A DNA stretch of 28,059 nt from a virus (Duplodnaviria; Caudoviricetes): positions 1 to 28,059 of the IMG/VR virus record IMGVR_UViG_3300023257_000094; one strand, written 5' to 3'. Position 1 is the stretch's first letter, and each line of letters begins with the position of its first letter. Shown here one piece after another: positions 1 through 8,685 of this stretch. A program made the position numbers and the translations under genes. A model generated the notes under the pieces. It ran no database searches. It saw only the letters and a list, made by a program, of their open reading frames with translations, and was not told the DNA's origin.

Positions 1-848
1 TTTTCATAGAATAAACATGTAATGATTTCTTTGTCTTGATATGATTCACCTGACTCATCGTCTTCATCTTTTTTACTAGGTGGTTTGACTGAATCTATAT
101 TATTGTATTCTTCTTTGGGGAATAACTCTTTGAATACATCGTATCCATAATCAATCTCCCAACACCAATCACGTGCTGAATCTTGGTCATCAGCCTTTGC
201 CATGTCATCAATCCAGCATCTCTTGGGATCTAATGCTTCACGAAATACTCCGTTGTAATCTTCTATTTCTCTTTCATTACCATCCTCATCAGCTACTGTG
301 CGTACTTCTAGTTTAGGATATGTACGTCCAATAGACCATCCGTATTTAACTAAGTTGAATGTAAATGGTAGTAAATACTTTCGTTTTGATTTTCCTTTTT
401 GCCATGAGTCTTTGTAAAGAGCTTCTACTAGTTTTGTGTTTTTTTCAAATTTACGTGCCTTTGGTATGAATACACCCTCTGGATTACGTTCTACAAGGAT
501 ACTAACTGCTGTTTGTAGCTTACTATAGAAGTCTGTAGTGGATATATCTGATTGCCAGTCATCATCTCCGAGTTTAACTGGGCGAGATAGCCAGCCTTTC
601 TCATCATCTGATGCGAATGCTACTGTTCCACCGTCTTGCTTTGAAAGTTTCTGTGGTATGTAAATATTGTCTATGGATTTCCATAATTCATCAAGGTTCT
701 TGCCAAATACACTTTCGCGAGAACGTTTTAATTCCTCGTCAATACGATTATCAAGCCAATCATAAGTATCAACCATCTCTGGTTCAGACTGTTTTGACCA
801 TTCTTTCTTCTCATCGAAGTCTTCTTTTTTAATCTTTTTGTCTGCCAT
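1..848 (-). CDS. Portal protein (P22-like), 5' part; runs off the window
   Basis: Manual translation from ATG at 848: MADKKIKKEDFDEKKEW...DFYSKLQTAVSILVERNPE...FNLVKYGWSIG...LDPKRCWIDD; open to the window edge; lies just downstream of the terminase. Confidence 0.75.
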   Translation of the reverse strand, partial: MADKKIKKEDFDEKKEWSKQSEPEMVDTYDWLDNRIDEELKRSRESVFGKNLDELWKSIDNIYIPQKLSKQDGGTVAFASDDEKGWLSRPVKLGDDDWQSDISTTDFYSKLQTAVSILVERNPEGVFIPKARKFEKNTKLVEALYKDSWQKGKSKRKYLLPFTFNLVKYGWSIGRTYPKLEVRTVADEDGNEREIEDYNGVFREALDPKRCWIDDMAKADDQDSARDWCWEIDYGYDVFKELFPKEEYNNIDSVKPPSKKDEDDESGESYQDKEIITCLFYE

Positions 849-1068
849 CTTTTAATTTGGTAAGTAATTTATTATTTTTTAATATTGTGTATATGTCAAT
901 AACATCGTTGACTGTAATGATACTTGAGTCTATTATAGCTTGTCTCCAAAAGCGTTCCTTCTCTTCGCTTATGTCTTCGAAATTATGCAAATGGAGTATT
1001 AGTAACAAATACAGATGGAGATGACCATTGTTATGACTCGATACGATTTTTACTCTATTCAAATTCAT
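829..1068 (-). CDS. Hypothetical protein
   Basis: ORF track; packed between TerL and portal with overlaps on both sides. Confidence 0.45.
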   Translation of the reverse strand: MNLNRVKIVSSHNNGHLHLYLLLILHLHNFEDISEEKERFWRQAIIDSSIITVNDVIDIYTILKNNKLLTKLKDGRQKD

Positions 1069-1216
1069 TCTTAATCTTTTGTATTAATCTCTGGAGTTCC
1101 TTGAATCCTTCTGAATCTCTTTTGTACTTCTGGTATGTTTCAGTCTTCATCTCATGCTGTCCACCTTTTACTGGTATGAGTATCTGAATAGATTTTCTTC
1201 TAAAGTGAACTTTCAT
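1055..1216 (-). CDS. Small hypothetical protein (53 aa, MKVHFRRKSIQILIPVKGG...)
   Basis: Manual translation; ATG overlaps the TerL stop (TAATG coupling). Confidence 0.5.
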   Translation of the reverse strand: MKVHFRRKSIQILIPVKGGQHEMKTETYQKYKRDSEGFKELQRLIQKIKNEFE

Positions 1217-3711
1217 TATAGTGAGCGGAAACGTTTATTAGTCTTACTAGCAAAATCTCTATCCTTTCTCTTCCATTCTTCGAACTTCTGTTGTACTGGA
1301 TCAAGTGGTGCAGCTGATTTAGTCTTGATACGTCTGCTCATCATTCCGTATCGTATCGAGTCATAGGCGTGATCCTCTCCACAATCAACATCTTCAATGT
1401 CATGCTTGTCTGTAATGAGTTCTGGTATTGTTCTGATTGCTTCTTTACAAGTGTTCCAGAAGAATATTGTTGGGCCTTTTAAGCGTTGATGGAACTCAAT
1501 CTTACCTTGATGTCTGTTTGTATATGCTTGTTCATAGCGTATGGGGAATATTGTTCGCATTACTTCAACACCACTCTTGCGCGTTTGTTCGTTCTTCTTG
1601 AATGAATCTACTCCAACTACTATGTATTTGATTGCTTCACGTCGTGATGGGTCTTCTGTCTCTGTGAATCCTGAGTAGTCTCTAGCGTCTTCAGCCCAAT
1701 CTTTGTAAGTCTTCCCAGTGCTGTAGATCTCTCTGTATACAATTATGTTACCTTCGTAATCTATTGCACACCAGTATAATGCACCCGGAGCTGTGAAACC
1801 GTAGTCAAAGCACATAAACTTCTCATATTCAGCTTCGATCGGCATGTCTTCAGGCTTTACAACTACTTTACTTTGGTTCCAATCAGTGAATGCTTGTCCT
1901 TCAAATACATCCCAATTACCATCTTTGAATGCTCTACGCATTGATTCTGGTAAGCCATCTAATGAGTCATAGTAGCTCTTATTAAGTAGGGGATTGTCAT
2001 CTGCTTTAGATTGAACGAATATAAATTGATCTGCTTCCTTCTCTGTCTCTTCAAAGACTCGATCCATCCATAATTGTTTAACCCAACCATGCCCTATTCC
2101 ACCGGGATTTGTTCCTGCAATGAAGCGTACATCAGTGACACCCGGCCACCTGAGACGCGTTCTAAGGAAATCAAACTTGTCTTTTGAGTTCATAGTAAGC
2201 TCATCTACTGCAATAATGGCAAATTCTGCTGATTTATACTTACTAGGATCATCTAGGTTACGAAATACTATTACCCAACTACCATATTGTGGCTTGGCAA
2301 TGAATGCTTTTCCGTACTGTTTATGATCTGCGTGGAAATCTCCCAACCATTCCGGGAACTCAAATGTTAGTTTTGAAAGGTGTCTATCTTTTAATGCTGG
2401 ATAATCCTCGCAGAATATACCTCCTACAATTCCTTTTAATCCAGTTTCAATTGTTTTCTCTAATAGATACTCAGCTACATGCCAACGTATCCAATAGCTA
2501 TTATGAGTTGGTATAAACTGCTTGCCAGCAATATACATTCCATCATGGTTTGCAATCTGTATACACCTCATCTTCTGTTTACCAACTAACTGTACATCGA
2601 CGATATATCGCCTGTTATTTCTAGAATTAATCTTATGTTTTTGTCGAGACACTTTCCTGCTTAAACGGAATACTGGGATGGTAGTTATAAACTTAGCATT
2701 ATGATACATTCCTATCTTACCATTGTTGTAACACGTCTTTTCCACCAATGAAGTATGAACAACGATGCCAAATGTTCTAATCAATTCTACTACATTCTCA
2801 AATAACCGTTTATCTTTAAGTGTTATTCCTATACCACCGTCTTTATCGCACCAACCATCTGTATCCATAACCCCTTGCAAAAGTGCCAATCGCTGATTAT
2901 GCGAAGCTCTTAAATATTCACTCGGTATATGCTTATTTCTATACAATCCATATTTACGAATCAATCCAATAAAACCAGTAATATTGTGTGATTTTATATT
3001 AGCATGATGAGTGACAGTAAACCCATCTCTCTCTATATTTTCAAAAATCTCTTTATCAATCCCAGTTATACCACCACTGATTGAGGTTCCATCACCGAGC
3101 CAAGCACCAAGTGTATAAGGGGAAATCGGTAGATTCTTCTCTAGCAATACTAATGGCTCTGGTTGTTCTATAGAGTGATTATTATTACCATCAACTAATA
3201 CGGTTTCAGCTATTTCTTTCGTGGTTCTTATTGTCCCAGTCGAGGGTTCTAAATAATTAAAGGTACGTTTTGTATTCAGTATTGCAAGATCTGGTCGTTT
3301 ACCAGTACCTAGCTTTACTCTTGTTTGTTTTCTTTTGAGTCGATATACATCATTTCGCCTAGATGCTATTCCTCTTTCTCGAATAGTCATCGTCTTCCAT
3401 AGATGACTTTGTCCAGCAATCATTGATGTTCCATCAGAGAAAAACAATTCGTATGCTTCATCCTCTGTTGGTTCAGTAACACCCATAACCATGACGGGTT
3501 TCCCATTTTCACCTAATACATAGTCACCAACAATAATATCTTTATTTTTTATCCATCCATTGGGAGTTGGTATATCCTCATTAAGTCTTAATAGTTTTCC
3601 CCCTCCCATAGCTCCGCCATATAGTGTGAATTTATGGGAGGAAGCAGCTTTACTCGCTTCGAGTTGCTTTGGGAAAAACTTAGCAAGTTCTGAAAACTTT
3701 ACTTTTTGCAT
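1216..3711 (-). CDS. terL: Terminase large subunit precursor containing an intein
   Basis: Walker A YGGAMGGGK|S (interrupted), Walker B IIAVDE, GTNPGGIGHGWVK, nuclease motifs FDYG and EDHAYDSIRY. Confidence 0.95.
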   Translation of the reverse strand: MQKVKFSELAKFFPKQLEASKAASSHKFTLYGGAMGGGKLLRLNEDIPTPNGWIKNKDIIVGDYVLGENGKPVMVMGVTEPTEDEAYELFFSDGTSMIAGQSHLWKTMTIRERGIASRRNDVYRLKRKQTRVKLGTGKRPDLAILNTKRTFNYLEPSTGTIRTTKEIAETVLVDGNNNHSIEQPEPLVLLEKNLPISPYTLGAWLGDGTSISGGITGIDKEIFENIERDGFTVTHHANIKSHNITGFIGLIRKYGLYRNKHIPSEYLRASHNQRLALLQGVMDTDGWCDKDGGIGITLKDKRLFENVVELIRTFGIVVHTSLVEKTCYNNGKIGMYHNAKFITTIPVFRLSRKVSRQKHKINSRNNRRYIVDVQLVGKQKMRCIQIANHDGMYIAGKQFIPTHNSYWIRWHVAEYLLEKTIETGLKGIVGGIFCEDYPALKDRHLSKLTFEFPEWLGDFHADHKQYGKAFIAKPQYGSWVIVFRNLDDPSKYKSAEFAIIAVDELTMNSKDKFDFLRTRLRWPGVTDVRFIAGTNPGGIGHGWVKQLWMDRVFEETEKEADQFIFVQSKADDNPLLNKSYYDSLDGLPESMRRAFKDGNWDVFEGQAFTDWNQSKVVVKPEDMPIEAEYEKFMCFDYGFTAPGALYWCAIDYEGNIIVYREIYSTGKTYKDWAEDARDYSGFTETEDPSRREAIKYIVVGVDSFKKNEQTRKSGVEVMRTIFPIRYEQAYTNRHQGKIEFHQRLKGPTIFFWNTCKEAIRTIPELITDKHDIEDVDCGEDHAYDSIRYGMMSRRIKTKSAAPLDPVQQKFEEWKRKDRDFASKTNKRFRSL
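2500..3594 (-). mobile_element. 365-aa intein with LAGLIDADG homing endonuclease, class-3 type, in the TerL Walker A motif
   Basis: Begins LLRLNEDIPTPNGW; block B SHLW; LAGLIDADG blocks LGAWLGDG and LQGVMDTDG; block F MRCIQI; ends IPTHN|S; removal restores GGGKS. Confidence 0.92.
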
Positions 3712-3717
3712 TCATTT

Positions 3718-4035
3718 CTATTCAGTTTCTTTCTTCTCTTCGTCTGTGTGATCTGATCCTGCTTCTTTCTCTTTAGCATTTTGAGCTATTGCTTCTTCGC
3801 TAAGAGCATCTTCAGGGCCTGAAACGTAAGATGGGTCTGAACCAGAAGGTTCGTCGTCTTCTTTTGGAGCTTCTTCAGTAGTAGCTTCTTCTGTTGATTC
3901 CTCAACAGGAGCTTCTGCTACTTCCTCAGTTGGAGCTTCTACTTCAGGAGCTTCTACTGGAGTACTTTCTTCGTCCATTGGTTTGAAGTTAGTTAATAAG
4001 TTCTTGAAAATTCGTTTTAATATATTGAAATTCAT
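3718..4035 (-). CDS. Acidic low-complexity protein (true start may be the internal MDEES)
   Basis: E/A/P/T-rich ORF between terS and terL. Confidence 0.55.
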   Translation of the reverse strand: MNFNILKRIFKNLLTNFKPMDEESTPVEAPEVEAPTEEVAEAPVEESTEEATTEEAPKEDDEPSGSDPSYVSGPEDALSEEAIAQNAKEKEAGSDHTDEEKKETE

Positions 4036-4319
4036 TTCTTTTTGTTAGGTTTATCTGTCTTTTTACCATCCATAACGATTTGTATTGCACCGTCTACATC
4101 AACTGTCATGTCAACTGATGATAGATCAGGTACTCGTTTCTTCATTACGGCTACTAATACCTTGTCTTCTTTGAATGCACGGGTAACAAAATGTTGAAGT
4201 AAGGTTTTCTTTTTCTTCTTCTCTACTGTTTTAATAGCTTCTTCAAGCTCATGTATTGCGGGATTCTTAGGTCTTCCATTGGCATTACCGTTCCAATCCT
4301 TACCACTTTTGAATGGCAT
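4032..4319 (-). CDS. terS: Probable terminase small subunit (GNxxGRP N-terminal motif)
   Basis: MPFKSGKDWNGNANGRPK N-terminus typical of small-terminase-like proteins; upstream of terL. Confidence 0.65.
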   Translation of the reverse strand: MPFKSGKDWNGNANGRPKNPAIHELEEAIKTVEKKKKKTLLQHFVTRAFKEDKVLVAVMKKRVPDLSSVDMTVDVDGAIQIVMDGKKTDKPNKKK

Positions 4320-4323
4320 AATA

Positions 4324-4485
4324 TTAGTTTATTATTGTTTTACTATTACCATATTTCTCCTTAAATTTAGCAAAGGTAAATTTGTCATTAGGGATATACA
4401 CCTTACCATTATGATCTCCATATAAAACAGTCTTTAAGCGATGACAGTTGGAGCATAATGAGTGTTTTAGTTCTTCTTTACTCAT
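4324..4485 (-). CDS. Small ORF with an HNH C-terminal remnant (LCSNCHRLKT)
   Basis: Manual translation MSKEELKHSLCSNCHRLKTVLYG... Confidence 0.35.
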   Translation of the reverse strand: MSKEELKHSLCSNCHRLKTVLYGDHNGKVYIPNDKFTFAKFKEKYGNSKTIIN

Positions 4486-4922
4486 ATAATTAGTATTGTG
4501 CTTTTATTTCTTCTTCTGTTGGTGTACTATTTGCGATCTCATAAATACCTTTAAGAGGAAGTTGTGTTTACATTTACCCCACGCCTTTTCAGTCTTCGCT
4601 TCCTCGATTGTAATTTTGTCTTGGTAAAATGTATCTGGCATATTATTTATTTAACTCTTTATATAAGATTTATAAACATATTTTAACTTACAAATGCTGT
4701 TTACTATATCAACAATAATTTCATCTCTTTCTCTGTAAGATATTTCGCGTCGAATATGTCTCATCATGAAATTGAAGCAATGCGCGTCTATTGTTGCTAT
4801 TCCGTTATTTTTCATATATTTGATTCATTGAAATTTATGTTTTGAGTATTATCATGTTTGTCTCTGCTCATGTGCTATGGGATCTGGGATCTGCCTTGCG
4901 GCTCACACGAACAGGGATAAAT

Positions 4923-4994
4923 AGCCGATAGTAGGAATCGAACCCACAATCTTATCCTTACAAAGGATGTGCCTTACCATTCGGCTATATCGGC
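4923..4994 (-). tRNA. tRNA-Thr (anticodon TGT), no encoded CCA
   Basis: Cloverleaf GCCGATA / GCC-GAATGGTAA-GGC / CATCC-TTTGTAA-GGATA / GTGGG-TTCGATT-CCTAC / TATCGGC. Confidence 0.9.
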
Positions 4995-5278
4995 CTAAAT
5001 GATGTAACAGGATCTCTTTCTTCTTTTACATACCCATCTGGTTGTAGTACCCGGAGTGTTATATTCTTCTTATGTTTTGCGCCGTATAATCTTAAAACTT
5101 TTCTGATAGCAGATGCTACATACCCGCGTTTTCCTACAATGAATGGTACGTCATCGTCATTAACTCGTAATGAAATTAATACTCCCATTTCATCAACCTT
5201 GCGCTCGGTACTAACATCCTCTGGATATTCACACAATGGTTTTACTATTGATTCTAAATACTTTTGATCTAATTCCAT
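4985..5278 (-). CDS. khpA: KH-domain RNA-binding protein (KhpA/UPF0109 family)
   Basis: YLESIVKPLCEYPEDV..ERKVDEMGVLISLRV..IVGKRG..AIRKVLR; GxxG loop retained. Confidence 0.85.
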   Translation of the reverse strand: MELDQKYLESIVKPLCEYPEDVSTERKVDEMGVLISLRVNDDDVPFIVGKRGYVASAIRKVLRLYGAKHKKNITLRVLQPDGYVKEERDPVTSFRPI

Positions 5279-5280
5279 AA

Positions 5281-5394
5281 TTATTTTAGTTTAGCACCGC
5301 ATTTACGGCAATATCCATAACCCTCAATTACCGAAATATCAGCGTTGCAACACTCTGATATACTTTTTTCTATTTCATTAATATCTTCATTCAT
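5281..5394 (-). CDS. Small Zn-ribbon protein (37 aa)
   Basis: Manual translation MNEDINEIEKSISECCNADISVIEGYGYCRKCGAKLK. Confidence 0.5.
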   Translation of the reverse strand: MNEDINEIEKSISECCNADISVIEGYGYCRKCGAKLK

Positions 5395-5410
5395 TAAAAT
5401 TTGTTATTAC

Positions 5411-5544
5411 CACAACACTTTAGGCGATAGATGAATTATTTGCATTTTGTCCAGACTTTTACGTCGAGATTGTGTGGCCTATGGCCCTATCGCCTTCAGT
5501 TCTGATGCTCCCGGGGGAGTTCAGCAACCGCCTGAAATATTGTG
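5411..5544 (-). ncRNA. Candidate structured RNA
   Basis: Nested inverted repeats whose G-U pairs work only on the minus strand (see findings). Confidence 0.4.
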
Positions 5545-5545
5545 A

Positions 5546-5710
5546 TTATTTTGTTACGCCATGACGTAACGCTACTAGTCCGCCAAATCCAAGAAGCACT
5601 AGAATCTGCTCGGTAAGCACTGGTGTTATTACGTCGATGAAGCCTAAAAACAAAGTGATTGCGGCCGCTCCGGCTACGATGTATGTTTTTTTGCCATTTA
5701 AGAAATCCAT
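5546..5710 (-). CDS. Small two-TM holin-like membrane protein (54 aa; below the ORF-track cutoff)
   Basis: MDFLNGKKTYIVAGAAAITLFLGFIDVITPVLTEQILVLLGFGGLVALRHGVTK. Confidence 0.7.
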   Translation of the reverse strand: MDFLNGKKTYIVAGAAAITLFLGFIDVITPVLTEQILVLLGFGGLVALRHGVTK

Positions 5711-5751
5711 GATTGTTAGTTAATTTTTGCTCGAATAACCATCACGGGGGT

Positions 5752-5780
5752 ATTGTAGCACAGGTGATTTTTACTTGCAA
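5752..5780 (-). promoter_or_regulatory. Sigma70-like promoter for the leftward (packaging) operon
   Basis: TTGCAA-17 nt-TACAAT with extended TGn; -35 lies in the palindrome TTACTTGCAAGTAA. Confidence 0.7.
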
Positions 5781-5807
5781 GTAACCAAAGGTCTTGTATT
5801 TCTAGAG

Positions 5808-5913
5808 TTATCAACATGGTTCGAATTTATTTCGAACCCAAGAGTTAGTTAAGTTAAGTTAAGTTAAGTTAGACCAGAACTTTCATGAACTTTCCAGAAC
5901 TTTCTAGAAAACG
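5808..5913. repeat. Origin-like repeat cluster
   Basis: TTATCAACA 5808-5816; inverted repeat GGTTCGAA-n5-TTCGAACC 5818-5838; (AAGTT)4 5851-5870; 10-bp tandem CCAGAACTTT/CATGAACTTT/CCAGAACTTT 5874-5903. Confidence 0.7.
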
Positions 5914-6160
5914 ATTGTAAATTATATCACTAAAAATGACAGTATATTATGCCAGATACATGATTAAATGTATATGATAAAACCATGTAATTATATCATA
6001 ATAGAAAAAAGTAACAAGAATGTAACAATGTAAAAAATCTTTATGGAAGGTTAGCCAAAAAACAGACTTATCAACACCTATTGTAGGTTATGCCATTAAA
6101 ATTAACTATTAATTTTTTAATTTAATCTCAATGTGTTTCTTTTGCCTTAGGTTAGCTCAC

Positions 6161-6189
6161 TTGACGGTATATACTATAGGGTGTATACT
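6161..6189 (+). promoter_or_regulatory. Sigma70-like promoter for the early operon
   Basis: TTGACG-17 nt-TATACT. Confidence 0.75.
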
Positions 6190-6219
6190 ACCTTATGTTA
6201 GATCAATAAAAACAAAAAT

Positions 6220-6402
6220 ATGACAAAGTACGAATTTACAAAAACAATCAATCAACGAATAGACTCACTCATACTAGATGGATTATACAAACCAGAAAAC
6301 AAGAAAGAGTTTAAGCATCTCTGTAAAATGCATAGAACTTATGTAATTAAACACCTATCAAATGAAGTTAAAGGAAAAAAGCTACAACCTATGGTTGCCT
6401 AA
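6220..6402 (+). CDS. Hypothetical protein
   Basis: First ORF after the promoter; A-rich leader. Confidence 0.55.
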   Translation: MTKYEFTKTINQRIDSLILDGLYKPENKKEFKHLCKMHRTYVIKHLSNEVKGKKLQPMVA

Positions 6403-6499
6403 TAAAACCTTTGTAGAGGTTAAGAGGTACGCGAAGAAACATGATATGTCATTCGCCGGGGTTATTAGAAAAGCACTAGAGATCTTATTTACAAATTAA
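6362..6499 (+). CDS. Ribbon-helix-helix (CopG/Arc-like) regulator, 45 aa (not in ORF track)
   Basis: MKLKEKSYNLWLPNKTFVEVKRYAKKHDMSFAGVIRKALEILFTN: beta strand followed by two helices with S..VIR.AL. Confidence 0.7.
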   Translation: MKLKEKSYNLWLPNKTFVEVKRYAKKHDMSFAGVIRKALEILFTN

Positions 6500-6641
6500 T
6501 GCGTGACTCAACTGTATTACCTATTGTACTACTCAGCTAACAAACTATTGATATGACTTCATGTTATATCACGACAAGCAGTAGGGTGTTTCAGAGGGGA
6601 TAACGGCTAGTACAGTTAATCTACGCATTAAAAAAATCTTT

Positions 6642-7109
6642 ATGGATACAAGAAAGAATACAAAGTTCCCCAAAGAGGCATACGCCGGGGTTATCGATAA
6701 GTATGAAAAACTCAAGGGAATAAAATTGCAGGGATCAGAACATCTCCCAATACAACAAGCAATCAAAACGATGTTTATGAATGAACGTACTATAAAGGAA
6801 ATCGTCGGATGCATGGATATATGTAATGAACGATACTCAGAATGGACAATGAATACTGTTAAAATGAAACTTCCTGAATTTGTTGCTGGAAATCTTGAGA
6901 TGACGAAGTTAAAAACATTCTACTATGAAAACCAAAGGGCAATAATGAAGTTCGGGAAAGTAATGATTCAATGTTCAGATGGAGAACTACGAGGGTTTAA
7001 TGATTTAGTAAGTAAATTAGAGGTACGAGAGGAGTCGATCTCGTGGCCAAAGACAAAAAGCGAAGAGGAAATGGAAACATACTTCGCGTCAAAAATAAAT
7101 ATTAATTAG
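6642..7109 (+). CDS. Hypothetical protein, possibly a replication-initiator C-terminal-like helical domain
   Basis: ORF track; helical, WTMNTVKMKLPEF motif. Confidence 0.6.
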   Translation: MDTRKNTKFPKEAYAGVIDKYEKLKGIKLQGSEHLPIQQAIKTMFMNERTIKEIVGCMDICNERYSEWTMNTVKMKLPEFVAGNLEMTKLKTFYYENQRAIMKFGKVMIQCSDGELRGFNDLVSKLEVREESISWPKTKSEEEMETYFASKININ

Positions 7110-7224
7110 AAATATATGAATGAAATCTATATGTTAACAGTAAAGTATCTTACAGGAGTAATAGTTTTTGCATGTATCATGGGAATTATCATAGCTAAAA
7201 TATATAAAATTAAAGACTAGATAT

Positions 7225-7455
7225 ATGACAAAAGCAAAACACTTAATGCAAGCTGACTACCACAAAGCAGAAATAGTATCTCTTAAATCCGAGAGACACG
7301 ATCTGTTATCAAATCCAACAATGACAGTCCAAGATGCAATTGATGGCAATATGTATATGGATGTATTAACGGCAGACCTCAAGTCTATTGATGCTCTTAT
7401 CAACTCACATACGTTTGATGGGTACGCCCATATTACATTAGCTGAAATTAATTAA
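7225..7455 (+). CDS. Hypothetical protein
   Basis: ORF track, operon packing. Confidence 0.55.
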   Translation: MTKAKHLMQADYHKAEIVSLKSERHDLLSNPTMTVQDAIDGNMYMDVLTADLKSIDALINSHTFDGYAHITLAEIN

Positions 7456-7461
7456 ACTATA

Positions 7462-7692
7462 ATGAAAAAGCTACTCAACTACTTATTATTCCTCATCATA
7501 ATCCTTATTATTTTGTGGGGAGCAACAGCTTTAAGAAACAGAAACACAACAATAGTCCCAGAGGTAACAGACACCGGCATAGTAGAGGCAGAAATAACAC
7601 AATCAGACCATTACAAAGACGCTCTCTTAGCATGTGACGTAGCAGAGGTTAGAAGTTGGGGAGAGCATCTATGGGAAATTAAATGTAAATAA
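7462..7692 (+). CDS. Membrane-anchored hypothetical protein
   Basis: N-terminal hydrophobic helix. Confidence 0.6.
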   Translation: MKKLLNYLLFLIIILIILWGATALRNRNTTIVPEVTDTGIVEAEITQSDHYKDALLACDVAEVRSWGEHLWEIKCK

Positions 7693-7693
7693 T

Positions 7694-7921
7694 ATGTTTA
7701 GAATAGCACCAAATTTAATAGCAAGAAAACATATAAAAAAAGGTGACGTTGTTGTAAGGGTATATAAAAACTATTGTAGACCAGCTGAAGCTGGAGATGG
7801 AAAATTTTTATATGGTGTATGTGAGAGTAATTGTCGCAAAGGGCAAAGGTGCAGAATAATCCCAGCCGGTAATATAATATTTGTGGGGAGCAACAGCTTT
7901 AAGAATTTGAATTTGAACTAA
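7694..7921 (+). CDS. Hypothetical protein
   Basis: ORF track, operon packing. Confidence 0.5.
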   Translation: MFRIAPNLIARKHIKKGDVVVRVYKNYCRPAEAGDGKFLYGVCESNCRKGQRCRIIPAGNIIFVGSNSFKNLNLN

Positions 7922-8030
7922 ACTAATATGAGACAAATAAAGGTTAGAGCTTTCAAGAAAACTTGGAAGAAAAATGAAATCGGAAACGTACACGAGAATA
8001 AAGATTTATTAATTAATTAAACAAAAACAA

Positions 8031-8468
8031 ATGGCAAAACAAACAAAGGAACAATACTACGCAATCATCATGATAATGGCAATAAGTGCTATGGCAACAT
8101 TCGTCTCATACAGTCAATTACAAGATGAACTATCCTATTCCACACAACCTGTAATTAAAACCCATACAGAGCAATCTGAAGTGCCTCAAGCTAATATAAA
8201 TGGGGATACATACGAAGTATCATGTTACACAGGCTATGAATCACATGGAGCTAATGGCAGGGAAGATGAGGTATCAGTAGCTACATATCAATTCCCTCAA
8301 GGTACATGGTTAGAAATCGAAGGCATAGGAAAACGTAGAGTGGACACAGTAACAAGTACAACGTATTCTAATAGAGTAGATATTTGGCTAGGAGATGGAG
8401 GAGAAGAACTATACGATTATTGCTTAAATGAATTTGGACTTAAACATCTAAAGATAAAAGAATTATAA
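8031..8468 (+). CDS. Membrane-anchored 3D-domain (MltA-like) protein
   Basis: N-terminal TM; EVSCYT..ANG..VA..FPQGTWLEIEGIG.R.VD..NRVDIW..FG pattern. Confidence 0.7.
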   Translation: MAKQTKEQYYAIIMIMAISAMATFVSYSQLQDELSYSTQPVIKTHTEQSEVPQANINGDTYEVSCYTGYESHGANGREDEVSVATYQFPQGTWLEIEGIGKRRVDTVTSTTYSNRVDIWLGDGGEELYDYCLNEFGLKHLKIKEL

Positions 8469-8674
8469 TGGAAGATAAAAAAGAGTGGTCATTTATATGT
8501 ACGAATTGCGCATCAAGAAACTTAGTACGATTTGATCCAGATTTATTTCCAGAAGATCTCGAAGTAGAGATATGCTATAAGTGTAGAAAGATATTAGCAA
8601 ACCATCATAGTCGTCAAAAACTTTTAGATGAAAAGTTACGAGGCGAAGTACAATATAATTTAGAAAATGATTAA
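8468..8674 (+). CDS. Zn-finger protein
   Basis: CTNC and CYKC pairs. Confidence 0.55.
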   Translation: MEDKKEWSFICTNCASRNLVRFDPDLFPEDLEVEICYKCRKILANHHSRQKLLDEKLRGEVQYNLEND

Positions 8675-8685
8675 TAAAGATATAT

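Noticed and set aside
5420-5470. tmRNA-like tag (GCA AAT AAT TCA TCT ATC GCC TAA, ANNSSIA*) on the minus strand
   Set aside because: No tRNA-like acceptor or T-arm domain found nearby; kept only as a generic structured-RNA candidate
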